This document shows, in pieces, positions 48,702 through 60,585 of a DNA stretch of 64,000 nucleotides. The notes beneath the pieces were generated by a model that was given only the letters and a program-made list of their open reading frames with translations, searched no databases and was not told the DNA's origin. The stretch is from an uncultured bacterium (GTDB lineage Bacteria > Hydrothermota > UBA3073 > NMUJ01 > CBEVQO01). Location: NCBI GenBank assembly GCA_965552055.1, contig CBEVQO010000009.1, positions 17,202 to 81,201 on the forward strand, written 5' to 3'. Positions within the stretch are counted from its first letter, which is position 1. Every line of letters starts with the position of its first letter. The position numbers and the translations under genes were made by a program.

Positions 48702-48825
48702 AATACCCTCCCACTTTAATTTTAAGCCAAATAAAACTGCGTCAAGGTGCACTTTTTGGAAATTTTTTCACACCTTGACTAAAAGAAAAGCTTGACATTC
48801 TTTAATTTTAATTATAAAATAAAGA

Positions 48826-48910
48826 GGAGGGGTGGACCGAACTGGTAAGGCGGCGGACTTGAAATCCGCTGGGGCTCTGCCCCGTGAGGGTTCGAATCCC
48901 TCCCCCTCCG
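48826..48910 (+). tRNA. tRNA-Ser (TGA), no encoded CCA
   Basis: GCGGA-CTTGAAA-TCCGC anticodon arm, long variable arm, GGTTCGAATCC. Confidence 0.93.
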
Positions 48911-48911
48911 C

Positions 48912-49004
<93 letters not shown>

Positions 49005-49048
49005 AAAATGCCAAAAAGCCCAGTAGCAAAAATTAAGGAGGATGTAAA

Positions 49049-50251
49049 ATGAAGATATTGACATTGAACTGCGGAAGCTCATCTGTGAAATACATGGTAT
49101 ATGACTGGGAGACACGCAAGGAGTTATGCAGAGGGATAGTCGAAAGAGTGGGTGTCGGCAATTCTTTTATCAGGCATTCTCTGGCAGATGGAAAAACTCT
49201 TACGATTGAAAAAGATTGTCCTACACATCGCGAAGCAATAGAGCTCATAATTGATACAATAACTCATAATGATTACGGTGTGATAAAAGACTTATCCGAG
49301 ATTAAGGGAGTGGGTCACAGGGTAGTCCATGGCGGAGAATATTTTAAAGAAGCAGTTCTCATAACAGACGATGTTATTAAAAAATTTGAGGAATTAAGTG
49401 ATCTTGCACCGCTTCACAATCCTCCCAATGTCGCAGGTATTAAAGCTGCGATAAAACTTTTCCCGGATGTACCCCATGTTGCAGTGCTTGATACCGCATT
49501 TTTACAGACCTTACCGGATTACGCATATTTGTATGCTGTGCCTTACGAATGGTATGAGAAATATAAAGTTAGAAAATATGGATTTCATGGGACATCGCAT
49601 TATTATGTTTCAAGAAGGGCAGCACAATTATTAAATAAAAAAGCAGAAGATGTTAATCTGATAACCTGTCATATTGGTAATGGTGCGAGTATTACCGCTA
49701 TAAAGCAGGGTAAAGCGATAGAGCATTCTATGGGCTTCACACCACTTGAAGGACTCATAATGGGGACGAGGTCAGGTGATATTGACCCGGCGATAATACA
49801 ATACATTGCAAGAAAAGAGGGCTTGACGATTGATGAAATAATAAATATTTTGAATAAGAAAAGTGGAATTTTGGGGATAACAGGCAAATATATTGACAGG
49901 CGTGATATTTTGAAAGCAATGGAAGAAGGTGATTACAGGGCAAAACTTGCTTTTGAGATGGAGTGCCATCGTCTTAAAAAATACATAGGTGCTTATATTG
50001 CTGTGCTTGGTGAGGTTGATGCAATTGTATTCACCGCGGGAGTGGGTGAGAGGAGCTGGCGACATAGAGAAAGAGTGCTCGAAGGTCTGGAACCACTCGG
50101 AATAAAAATAGATAAAGAGAAGAATAGGGAAGCAACAGGCGATAAGGAGATGTTAATATCCACCGAAGATTCAAAAATTAAAGTTTTTGTAATCCCTACA
50201 AATGAAGAAATTGTCTTCGTAGAAGAAGTCGTAAAGAGGTTAAATGCCTAA
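49049..50251 (+). CDS. ackA: acetate kinase
   Basis: LNCGSSSVK, GHRVVHGG, LAPLHNP, YGFHGTSH, VFTAGVGE, PTNEE. Confidence 0.97.
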   Translation: MKILTLNCGSSSVKYMVYDWETRKELCRGIVERVGVGNSFIRHSLADGKTLTIEKDCPTHREAIELIIDTITHNDYGVIKDLSEIKGVGHRVVHGGEYFKEAVLITDDVIKKFEELSDLAPLHNPPNVAGIKAAIKLFPDVPHVAVLDTAFLQTLPDYAYLYAVPYEWYEKYKVRKYGFHGTSHYYVSRRAAQLLNKKAEDVNLITCHIGNGASITAIKQGKAIEHSMGFTPLEGLIMGTRSGDIDPAIIQYIARKEGLTIDEIINILNKKSGILGITGKYIDRRDILKAMEEGDYRAKLAFEMECHRLKKYIGAYIAVLGEVDAIVFTAGVGERSWRHRERVLEGLEPLGIKIDKEKNREATGDKEMLISTEDSKIKVFVIPTNEEIVFVEEVVKRLNA

Positions 50252-50296
50252 AATTTCTGAATTTTACGGAATTTCAATTTATATGTATTGGGGAGA

Positions 50297-50300
<4 letters not shown>
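50244..50300 (+). pseudogene. DUF4160 toxin N-terminal remnant (18 aa)
   Basis: MPKISEFYGISIYMYWGE* resembles the typical DUF4160 start; ATGA-coupled to DUF2442. Confidence 0.7.
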
Positions 50301-51837
<1,537 letters not shown>

Positions 51838-51925
51838 TGTCAAATATACTTTTACTTTATATTGAAATTGGATTGAAGTTAAGAGTGTTTTTAAGGAACG
51901 GGGCTTTAGCACAATACAAACTACG

Positions 51926-52910
51926 ATGGCATATTTTCTGCTTTCGGTGTCTAACAAGGTAAACTTAGACTTATGTATTAAACACGCACTTGCTGGTTTC
52001 CCTAGCAGCGTCAACGGGTTATGGACTTTTACAGAAATCCAGGAAGGAGATTTTGTTTCATTTTTATATGGTGCACGCATATTTAACTTATATCGGGTTA
52101 GTAAAAAAGTAGCCTTTAAAAATGCTGAGACACTACCTCCATGGTCTCCCATTACTTTTAAAACATCTCGCAAAACGTATTATTTCCCTTACCGCTTATG
52201 TCTTGAACCGATAAGGAAGTTAAATGAATCTATGGTAAGACCCGAATTTTGTTATGTTGCAGAAAATTTATTACTCAGAGGTGGATACAGGAAGACACAT
52301 TTCCAAGCAGATCAAACAACACTCCATGCAGTTTCGCAAATGGGTGAAAAATATTCTGAAAAAGTAGATACCTTAATTTTCAGAAAAGCTGATACTTTTA
52401 CGCCCAAATTTACATGGAACAAGGAGCTCGAGAACATACCAGAAGTATTTAAATTCCGAGAAGTAATACTTCAATCGTTAATTCGTCAATTCCTTTCTGA
52501 TACGAGCACATTACAGAAATTTTTCAAAGAATTAAGTAGAGACGATTTAAATGCAAAAGATTTTGAAGTTCTTGGGGAAAAAGCACTACCTGAAGGTCAT
52601 GTCGATATATTCATAAAGGACGCCCAACCTGTAGGCATATCAAGAAAAATTATTATTGAAGTCAAAATAAGCAATGCAAATGTTTATGATGTAAAACAAC
52701 TAAAGAATTATGTGAATGAAATAGGAAGTGAATGTTTTGTTTGGTGTCCTGATAGCTAAACATTTCTCTAAAAAGACTTTAAACGAAGCAAGAGATAATG
52801 GGATAATCTGCTGCACTTACTCTTTTAAAAACATTGATAAGAATTCTAAATACTCCTTTAATGAACTTCTATCAAAATTAACTTTACTTCCTATGGTAGC
52901 AAATGTATAA
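51926..52910 (+). pseudogene. EVE/PUA-like + NucS-type nuclease, frameshifted near 52735-52742
   Basis: N-terminal IQEGDFVSFLY..YPYR-like domain; GHVDIF..IIEVK..QLKNY; C-terminus GVLIAKHFS continues in another frame. Confidence 0.65.
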
Positions 52911-52940
52911 ATGCAAATCTTGATATAAAACCTATAAGGC

Positions 52941-54107
52941 TTAAATAGTTTGCTCTGATATCGCGATTGTTAGTGCTATTAGGAGTGAGAGTGTAAGAAA
53001 ATTTGAACCACCATAGCTGAAAAAGGGCAGCGGTACTCCCACTACTGGTAAAATATTCATAGCCATGCCGATGTTTATAAATAATTGGGAAAAAATCAAA
53101 AATACTGCACCTATTATGAAAAGACGCGAGAATTCATCATAAGTTAAATCTGCAACTTTTAGCATCTGATAAAAAAGATAAAAGAAAAGTCCGAAAAGCA
53201 AAATACATCCGATTAATCCAAATTCTTCTGCGAATCCAGCAAATATAAAATCTGTGTGCACTTTTGGTATAAATGCAAGCCCTTTTTGTGTTCCTTTTAA
53301 AAAGCCCTTACCAAAAAATCCACCAGAACCTATTGCTATTTGCGACTGCAGTGCCTGCCAGTTTTTCTCAAGACCGAAAAAACTGAGTATGCGGGCACGC
53401 TGATAAGGACGAAGCAAATTCCAGAGCAAAGGTGAGACAAAGCCAAAAAAGGAATTTACAAAAATTATCGCTAAACTTTTAAATAAAGAAATTTTAAGCA
53501 AAAATACAAGGAGAAAAATAAAGAAAAGAAAAATAACAAAGACATAAATATTTTTGGCAAGGAAAGCTGAAATCAAAGGAGATAATATGAGGAATATTTT
53601 CAGAATATGTAAACCTTTTGCGTGCAATATTGATATAAAAATTATTATGAAAAATACAGAAGTGCCGAGGTCCGGCTGGGCGATTACCAGCAAAGCAGGT
53701 ATTGCGCAAATTAAGGAAGAATAAAGTATAAGGCGTGTATTTATTTGCTGAAAATTTGCACATACTGTGGATAAAAAAAGTAATGTTGAAAATTTTGCAA
53801 ACTCAGATGGCTGTAAATTTAAACTTCCTATTTGAAGCCATCTTCTTGCGCCGTAAATTTTTGCACCAAATTTTAAAGTAAGAAGAAGCAAAAGAATTGA
53901 AGCAATATAAAAGAAAAAAGAGTATTTGTCCCAGAATTCAAAAGGTATCTTTTTTAATGTTAGACAAAGTGTTATGGCTATGGATACCCATATTAATTGT
54001 TTTGTAAAAAGGTTTATTTTTTGGGATGTAGCGCTGTAAAGTGTGAGCAATCCGAGTGAGATTAAAGCGATAAAAGTAAAGAATAAATGTTTTGAAGATT
54101 TATTCAT
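52941..54107 (-). CDS. rodA: rod shape-determining protein (SEDS family)
   Basis: GARRW, QPSEFAK, QPDLGT, AIGSGG, HTDFIF, PFFSYGGS. Confidence 0.92.
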   Translation of the reverse strand: MNKSSKHLFFTFIALISLGLLTLYSATSQKINLFTKQLIWVSIAITLCLTLKKIPFEFWDKYSFFFYIASILLLLLTLKFGAKIYGARRWLQIGSLNLQPSEFAKFSTLLFLSTVCANFQQINTRLILYSSLICAIPALLVIAQPDLGTSVFFIIIFISILHAKGLHILKIFLILSPLISAFLAKNIYVFVIFLFFIFLLVFLLKISLFKSLAIIFVNSFFGFVSPLLWNLLRPYQRARILSFFGLEKNWQALQSQIAIGSGGFFGKGFLKGTQKGLAFIPKVHTDFIFAGFAEEFGLIGCILLFGLFFYLFYQMLKVADLTYDEFSRLFIIGAVFLIFSQLFINIGMAMNILPVVGVPLPFFSYGGSNFLTLSLLIALTIAISEQTI

Positions 54108-54187
54108 CGTAAAATATAACGGGATAATAAGAATGTCAATTTGAGATTTTAAGCTTGACAATTTTTATATTTGAATAAAATAAGTGA

Positions 54188-54271
54188 GGGCGTGTGGCGG
54201 AACTGGTAGACGCACGGGACTTAAAATCCCGGGGGCGAAAGCCCGTGAGGGTTCGAGTCCCTCCACGCCCA
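54188..54271 (+). tRNA. tRNA-Leu (TAA), no encoded CCA
   Basis: CGGGA-CTTAAAA-TCCCG anticodon arm, variable arm, GGTTCGAGTCC; promoter TTGACA-N15-TAAAAT at 54155-54181. Confidence 0.95.
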
Positions 54272-55582
54272 TTCCCAGAAAGGAATAAACTTTATTTTTA
54301 AATCATCAACAACTTTTTCACCTTTGAAATCAAAAGTTATAATCTCACATTCTTTTACTTTTAACTCTTTTGATGCCTTTTTTAAAGCTCTTATTTCTCT
54401 TTTTAAAGTATTTTCGTTTTTAACATCCCAGCATGCTTGAAGTAGTTTCAATGGCTGTAAATTCTCCACAAGTACGAAATCTACTTCTTCTCCTCTTTCG
54501 TTCTTCCAGTAAAATACATTGTAATTTCTTCTTATGAGTTCCATGAAGACCGCATTTTCAAATAACATTCCCCAATCTATTTTTAATTTAAACATGGAGA
54601 GAGATAAAAAGCCCGTATCAACGATATAAATTTTCTTTGGATATTGCAATCTATCTTTTATCTTGTAAGAAAATATTTCAACGGGGAAAACTAAAAAAGC
54701 ACTTTTCGCATATTCGAGATATTTCAATAAAGTAGTTTTTGTTATTTTAATACCAATTGATTTCAAAAAATTAGCAGATTTAGATGCACTGAAAAGTGTT
54801 CCCGCGTTTGCAATTAATAATCTGATAAAAGCTTCAAATTCCTGTATATTGTGAATTTCAAATTTGCTTATTAAATCGCGATAAAAAATTGTGTAAAATA
54901 AATCGGTTAAAAGCTCTCTTTTGTTTTTCGATAAAACAATTTGAGGAAAGCCACCAAATAGTAAGTATTCTTTGAATAAGCGTAAAAGTTCATCATGACC
55001 AGAAAATCTCATATATTCGTAATCTAAATTGAAACCTTTAAATTTAAGAAATTCGACAAAACTTAGAGGATAAATTATTTTTGTTAAAGTTCTTCCTGCG
55101 AGCAAAGGAGGTAATTCTCTCGGAGTAAGTTTAGATGAAGAGCCTGTAAATATTATTTTTGCTATTCTTTTATCAAGCAAAGTTCGTAAGCCCCTTTCCC
55201 AATCTGGCACCGCCTGTATCTCGTCCAATAATAAAATTAGCGGAGGTCTTACATTATAATTCTGGAAAATTATGGAAGGTAACTCAATTATTTCTTTTCC
55301 TTTAAGTGGCTGTAATCTCTGGTCTTCAAAATTCACATAAATTATTTTCTCATGTGGTAATTTTTTTCGCAGTTTATCTGCTATCTCAAATAGTGTAAAT
55401 GTCTTACCTGCACGCCTTACTCCGACAATCCCATAAGCGATGCCTTCCTGCAATTCAATATCCAGCACATTTCTCTCAACATAATCCGGCACATCCGAGT
55501 GCAACCACTCATCAACAATCAACTTCATTTTTTCATTATCGTCCATTATATTGGACAATTTTGTAGCATTATTGTTCATCAC
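54221..55582 (-). CDS. AAA_14 ATPase with DUF4143 domain; C-terminus runs antisense into tRNA-Leu
   Basis: GVRRAGKT, LLDEIQ, TGSSS, GGFP, KIYIVDTG, FENAV, EVDFV. Confidence 0.9.
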   Translation of the reverse strand: MMNNNATKLSNIMDDNEKMKLIVDEWLHSDVPDYVERNVLDIELQEGIAYGIVGVRRAGKTFTLFEIADKLRKKLPHEKIIYVNFEDQRLQPLKGKEIIELPSIIFQNYNVRPPLILLLDEIQAVPDWERGLRTLLDKRIAKIIFTGSSSKLTPRELPPLLAGRTLTKIIYPLSFVEFLKFKGFNLDYEYMRFSGHDELLRLFKEYLLFGGFPQIVLSKNKRELLTDLFYTIFYRDLISKFEIHNIQEFEAFIRLLIANAGTLFSASKSANFLKSIGIKITKTTLLKYLEYAKSAFLVFPVEIFSYKIKDRLQYPKKIYIVDTGFLSLSMFKLKIDWGMLFENAVFMELIRRNYNVFYWKNERGEEVDFVLVENLQPLKLLQACWDVKNENTLKREIRALKKASKELKVKECEIITFDFKGEKVVDDLKIKFIPFWEWAWRDSNPHGLSPPGF

Positions 55583-55620
55583 ATTAAACTATATTGAAAA
55601 TTTAAGGAAGTCAAGTGTGA

Positions 55621-55822
55621 ATTTTATTGCGAGCGTAAGCGAGCCCGTTACATAAGGGTCTTTTGTCACACCCCGAGCGGGACATGATGTGTTTTGATAG
55701 GCGGTGTAAGATGGCAGATTTGACTTATTATGGGTAGGGCGTTTCAAGTAGCCACAGCGTGTCGGGACTGTGTCCCGCGAGGGGTGTGCACATGGGAAGG
55801 CGGGGACTGGGAGGCGGGGCTA
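55621..55822 (-). repeat. dispersed element copy E
   Basis: Plus-strand TTATTGCGAGCGTAAGCGAGC ... GGGAAGGCGGGGACTGGGAGGCGGGGCTA; interior homologous to D. Confidence 0.92.
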
Positions 55823-55829
55823 ATAATTG

Positions 55830-58466
55830 TTAATAGATTTCTTTTAATTTTTTGAGGATTTTTTCGAGTTCCTTTATTAGTTTTTCTGCCTTATTTATCA
55901 AATCTTCGGGTTTTAATTTTTCTTTCTTTTCCTCTTTTATTTTTAAAGGAATGCCTTTAAGAATTAGGTCGATTGCCTCTTTGAATGTGTCTGCCCATAC
56001 TATTTTTTCCTGTGTTGCTACCACTACTTTTCTGAATTCCGGCATTTTACTTGCTACTGCCTGCAAAAAGATTGGTTCAACATAAATTATTGTATTGCCA
56101 AGCGGTATTACAAGTAGATTTCCCCTTATTATCTGGGAGCCCTGTTGATTCCACAGGGTTATCTGCGCTGACATCACCGGGTCCTGGTCTATGCGTGCTT
56201 CTATCTGCATGGGTCCGTATACTAACTTTTCTTTCGGAAATTTGTAAACTATCAATTCTCCATAATTTGCAGTATCACATATTCCGCAAATCCAAGCAAT
56301 CATATTGTTTTTCTTTATGGGTGTAAATGGTAAAATGTTTATAAATTCGGGTTTGCCTCTTATTTCTGCGATTATGAAATAAGGAGTAACTTTTTGTGTT
56401 TTATCTATATATAATTCTTTTGCTATCTCCCATGCATCTTCTTTGTTGTAGAAAACTTCGGGTTCCGTCATATGATAAATTCTGTAAACTTCTGCCTGAA
56501 TTTCAAGAAGGTCATCGGGATACCTTATGTGAAAATAAATCTCTCTTGGCATCTCTTTAATATCTCTAAATAAATCTGGGAAAATTTTTCTGTAACATTT
56601 TATCAAAACATCTTCTTTATCGATGATATAGAATTTCACATCGCCATTATAAGCATCGACAACTGTTTTTACGCTGTTTCTTATATAGTTAATCTTGCGA
56701 TAATAAACTTTTCCTTTTTCTTTCTTCTCAATCCATTTCGTTTTTATCCTTTCAGAATATGGGAATTTATCAGTTACTGTGTAAGCGTCAATTATAAAAT
56801 ATAATTTGCCGTTTGCAATTACTATATAAGGGTCGTGGTCAAATTCGAGAAATGGACATATTTTCTTTACTCTTTTCTTTATATTGCGATAAAGCAATGC
56901 CCTTGAATCCTTTGTTATATATCGTGATATTAAAAATCTTATTCCATCAAATTTCAATGCTATTCCTAACTTTATCAAAAAGTTTTTGAGTTTTATCCCA
57001 CCTTTTCCTTTGTATTCTGTATATACATTTTTGTCACCTGCCGGGTAGTCAAATTCTTTTGTTTTTGTGTTTACATAGACAACTCTGTCTGTAAGTTCTC
57101 CGTAGTAAATTCTTGGTTCTGTAAGTTTTAAATCTTTGACTTTTATTTTTGGTGGCATATCTTTTATCAAAAGGTTAGGCAATCCTCCTGCTGTGAATTC
57201 GTTAACGGGTGCAAGACATACTCCGTATCCATGCGTATATTTAAGGCGTAAGTTCACCCATGTTTTTGATTTGTCGGGTAATAAATCCTGGTCTAATTCT
57301 CTGGGTGATACCATAACTTCTCTCAATTCACCATTTATGTAATATCTATCGATGTCAACATCCGTGAACCTGTAATAAAGGCGTATTTCCTGAATTTGTT
57401 TGTAAGTGAGTAGAAGAGCTCTCCAGTCCCACAATCTTATGTTTTTCAAAGTATTTTCATATTTTTTGATTATTTCGGATGTGGGCTCTCCTTTTATATC
57501 AAACTCTTTTTCTTTGCATTTGTGTAGATTATATGCGTAGCGTGTAAATTTTATATTGTGCTTTATATACGGCTTTTCCATTACAATTTCGTTTGGTGCG
57601 ACGATCAATGCATGGAAAGCAGATGGTATTATTCCGCAAATTACGATGTAAGATGCAAAATAAAAGATTAGAAGATTTCTTAACCGGACTAAATTTTTGC
57701 TGAAAAATAATAAGATGGCAGATGCGATGGATATTGCTGAGAAAATCAAATATGCTGGCAATTGCACTTTTATGTCTGCATAACTTGCACCTGTTACCAC
57801 TCCTCTCTCTGAATACAATAAGCCATATTTTGCGATGTAAGTTCTTAATGCTATTAAAATGAAGAAAGCAAAAAGATAAGGTCGTATCTCGTGTAAGAAA
57901 GCAGATGTGAAAAATGGTTCAAATGTGTATGTGATTCTGTATAATCTTTTGAAGATTAAGAGAATTATGCAAATCAAAAATAGCCAGATTAAAAATTCTG
58001 TGCATAATCTTAAAAATGGATAGGTGAAAAGGTAAAAGCTCACATCTTTTGCAAAAATTGGCTCTTTCAATCCTGTATTTGTTCTGTTTAAATATTGTAA
58101 AATCAATAGCCATTTTGATTGAAGTATTATTCCGAAGATGAGTGATATGAATCCCGAAGTTAAGAATCTGAGCCATTGTGGTAAACCTTTTGATGAGAAA
58201 AATATTATCAAGAAGGGGATTATGAAACCCGTTGCGAAAAGTATCCATCTTACAGATAACTCTTTGAGATAGCGTTTAAGGAAGGATAGATTTTTGAACC
58301 ATAGGGCATCGATATAAATGTTGAGGAAGTAAATGAAGAGGGTTAGTATTATTATTCCTGTGAGTGTTATTTTCAGGTATTTTTTAAAGTTTCTGCGATA
58401 GTATATGGAACGCAGGAGAGGGATAAGCAGAGCACAATAAGCTAAGAAGAACAAAAACTTAAGCAT
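55830..58466 (-). CDS. UPF0182 family membrane protein
   Basis: NIRLWD, QEIRLYYRF.DVDIDRY, YTHGYG, NYIRNSVK, RGNLLVIP, YVEPIFL. Confidence 0.93.
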   Translation of the reverse strand: MLKFLFFLAYCALLIPLLRSIYYRRNFKKYLKITLTGIIILTLFIYFLNIYIDALWFKNLSFLKRYLKELSVRWILFATGFIIPFLIIFFSSKGLPQWLRFLTSGFISLIFGIILQSKWLLILQYLNRTNTGLKEPIFAKDVSFYLFTYPFLRLCTEFLIWLFLICIILLIFKRLYRITYTFEPFFTSAFLHEIRPYLFAFFILIALRTYIAKYGLLYSERGVVTGASYADIKVQLPAYLIFSAISIASAILLFFSKNLVRLRNLLIFYFASYIVICGIIPSAFHALIVAPNEIVMEKPYIKHNIKFTRYAYNLHKCKEKEFDIKGEPTSEIIKKYENTLKNIRLWDWRALLLTYKQIQEIRLYYRFTDVDIDRYYINGELREVMVSPRELDQDLLPDKSKTWVNLRLKYTHGYGVCLAPVNEFTAGGLPNLLIKDMPPKIKVKDLKLTEPRIYYGELTDRVVYVNTKTKEFDYPAGDKNVYTEYKGKGGIKLKNFLIKLGIALKFDGIRFLISRYITKDSRALLYRNIKKRVKKICPFLEFDHDPYIVIANGKLYFIIDAYTVTDKFPYSERIKTKWIEKKEKGKVYYRKINYIRNSVKTVVDAYNGDVKFYIIDKEDVLIKCYRKIFPDLFRDIKEMPREIYFHIRYPDDLLEIQAEVYRIYHMTEPEVFYNKEDAWEIAKELYIDKTQKVTPYFIIAEIRGKPEFINILPFTPIKKNNMIAWICGICDTANYGELIVYKFPKEKLVYGPMQIEARIDQDPVMSAQITLWNQQGSQIIRGNLLVIPLGNTIIYVEPIFLQAVASKMPEFRKVVVATQEKIVWADTFKEAIDLILKGIPLKIKEEKKEKLKPEDLINKAEKLIKELEKILKKLKEIY

Positions 58467-58478
58467 CAGATATTGTAA

Positions 58479-60029
58479 TTACAACCTCTCGGATATTGCT
58501 TTTGCCTGTAAGAATAGCAAGAGATAATCTTTTCCGCCTGCTTTTGAGTCGGTTCCAGACATGTTGAAGCCTCCGAATGGGTGTGCGCCCACCAGTGCTC
58601 CTGTGCATTTGCGGTTTATGTAAAGATTGCCACAATGAAATTCTTCCTTTGCCTTTGCTATTTTCATGCGGTTTTTGGTGTAAACAGAACCTGTCAATCC
58701 ATAAATTGTGTTGTTTGCGATTCTCAAGGCATCATCGAAATCTTTTGCTTTTATAATGGCAAGAACAGGACCAAAAATTTCTTCCTGAGCAATCCTTGCA
58801 TTTTCATCTACATCTTTGAAAATCGTAGGTTCTATAAAATATCCTTCAAGGTCTTTTATTTTGTTGCCACCCAAAATTAATTTGCCTTCCTTTTTGCCAA
58901 CTTCAATGTATCCCAATATTTTCTTTTCTGCACGCTCATTTATTACGGGTCCCATGAATGTATCTTCTTTTTCTGGATAATCGACTTTTATTTTCTTTGT
59001 CGCCTCTACCAACATATCTATGAATTTATCGTAGATACTTTCTAACAGTATGAGTCTTGAGCATGCAGAGCATTTTTGTCCCGAGTATCCGTATGCTGAT
59101 GCTACAACGCCTTTTACAGCATCTTCCAAATCTGCTTCGTCATCCACTATTATTGCGTCTTTTCCACCCATTTCTGCTATTACTCGCTTAATCCATATTT
59201 GACCTGGTGAAGTTTTGCCAGCGAGTTCTACAATTCTTAATCCAACATCTTTTGAGCCTGTAAATGCTATGAAGCGGGTTTTTGGATGCGATGTAAGCGT
59301 ATCACCCACTTCTGCACCTTTGCCCGGAAGGAAATTCAGCACACCATCGGGCAACCCTGCTTCGTACATTATCTCTGCAAATTTGTAACCTATTACAGGT
59401 GAATCACTTGAGGGTTTTAAAATTACTGTATTACCTGTTACAATTGCTGCCGATGTCATTCCACAAAGAATTGATAAACCAAAGTTCCATGGTGGTATCA
59501 CCACGCCTGCACCAAGCGGTATGTATCTTAATTCGTTGAATTCGCCTTCGAGGGGGGTTACTCCTTCAATTTGTGAGTATCTAATTGCTTCTCTTGCGTA
59601 GAATTCGAGGAAATCAATTGCTTCTGCTGTTTCGCCATCTGCTTCTGGCCATGTTTTACCTATTTCGTAGCATAACCATGCGTTAAATTCGTATCTCCTT
59701 TCTCTTAGTATTTTTGCTGCTTTTAGCAGTACTCCTGCTCTTTCCCATGCGGGGACTCGTTTCCATTCTTCAAATGCTTTCCATGCTGCTTCCATTGCTT
59801 TTTCGACTTCGTCCTTTGTAGCAAGATGCACCTCGCCTACGACTTCACCCGGTCTCGCTGGGTTTATTGATTTTAGTTTTTTACCGGTGCGTACTTCTTT
59901 TCCGTCAATTATCAGCGGATATTCTTTACCCAATTCTGCTTTTACTTTTTGCAGAGCGTCTTTCATCTTTTTCTTTATTTCGTCTTTTGTAAAATCCAGA
60001 AATGGTTCATTTTTGAATTCCGGAAGCAT
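58479..60029 (-). CDS. pruA: L-glutamate gamma-semialdehyde (P5C) dehydrogenase
   Basis: FKNEP, PPWNF, AEMGGKD, GQKCSACSR, EEIFGPV, PFGGFNMSGTDSKAGG. Confidence 0.93.
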   Translation of the reverse strand: MLPEFKNEPFLDFTKDEIKKKMKDALQKVKAELGKEYPLIIDGKEVRTGKKLKSINPARPGEVVGEVHLATKDEVEKAMEAAWKAFEEWKRVPAWERAGVLLKAAKILRERRYEFNAWLCYEIGKTWPEADGETAEAIDFLEFYAREAIRYSQIEGVTPLEGEFNELRYIPLGAGVVIPPWNFGLSILCGMTSAAIVTGNTVILKPSSDSPVIGYKFAEIMYEAGLPDGVLNFLPGKGAEVGDTLTSHPKTRFIAFTGSKDVGLRIVELAGKTSPGQIWIKRVIAEMGGKDAIIVDDEADLEDAVKGVVASAYGYSGQKCSACSRLILLESIYDKFIDMLVEATKKIKVDYPEKEDTFMGPVINERAEKKILGYIEVGKKEGKLILGGNKIKDLEGYFIEPTIFKDVDENARIAQEEIFGPVLAIIKAKDFDDALRIANNTIYGLTGSVYTKNRMKIAKAKEEFHCGNLYINRKCTGALVGAHPFGGFNMSGTDSKAGGKDYLLLFLQAKAISERL

Positions 60030-60047
60030 CTCCCCTCCTTTTTCAAA

Positions 60048-60194
60048 TTATAATCTTATTACAGGGATGTCAACATTTTCTTTTGCTTCCTCGGATAGTA
60101 ACTTTCGTGCTACATGTATTTGTTGCAGTGCGAAGTCCCTCGGAAATTCCTTTTTAACATCTTTTTGTATTTTTTCTTTGATTTTTTCATCCAT
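60048..60194 (-). CDS. small putative antitoxin-like protein (48 aa)
   Basis: Manual translation MDEKIKEKIQKDVKKEFPRDFALQQIHVARKLL..; RBS GGAGGT; follows the PIN remnant. Confidence 0.5.
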   Translation of the reverse strand: MDEKIKEKIQKDVKKEFPRDFALQQIHVARKLLSEEAKENVDIPVIRL

Positions 60195-60297
60195 ATTTAC
60201 CTCCTATAAAAAACTCTTCTGTTAGTAACTTTCTTTCTGGATTTCTATCGTCAAAAAGGGCAGATATTACGGATGTATCCAAATATATTTTCATCAT
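60187..60297 (-). pseudogene. PIN-domain toxin N-terminal remnant
   Basis: MMKIYLDTSVISALFDDRNPER..EEFF then premature end; promoter TTGACT-N15-TAAAAT at 60302-60328. Confidence 0.75.
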
Positions 60298-60387
60298 TTT
60301 AATTTTACTCTTGGATTCAGAAAGTCAAGTATTTATTGGGCACATTCTGTTTTTATTTATAAGGGTAGAAGATTGAGAAAGCTAGAT

Positions 60388-60585
60388 ATTAAAATTTTTG
60401 AAATTTGTATTAAATTTTTAATGCGAGGCGTAGCCGAGCTCATCACCAAATGGGTTGATATGTCAGCCCATTACGGAGTTGTGGGTTACTCTGGGTGTTT
60501 TACGCTTTATCTTTTGATTGCGTTATAGCGGGGGCAGGAGTGGGCTGACTTAATCGGGAAGGTGGGGACAGCGGAGGCGGGGCTA
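60388..60585 (-). repeat. dispersed element copy F
   Basis: Near-identical inverted copy of C; its TAG is the stop of nfo; two AT palindromic units beyond the right end. Confidence 0.92.

Noticed and set aside
48826..48910. tRNA-Sec
   Set aside because: Anticodon is TGA (reads UCA, Ser), not TCA; 7-bp acceptor stem
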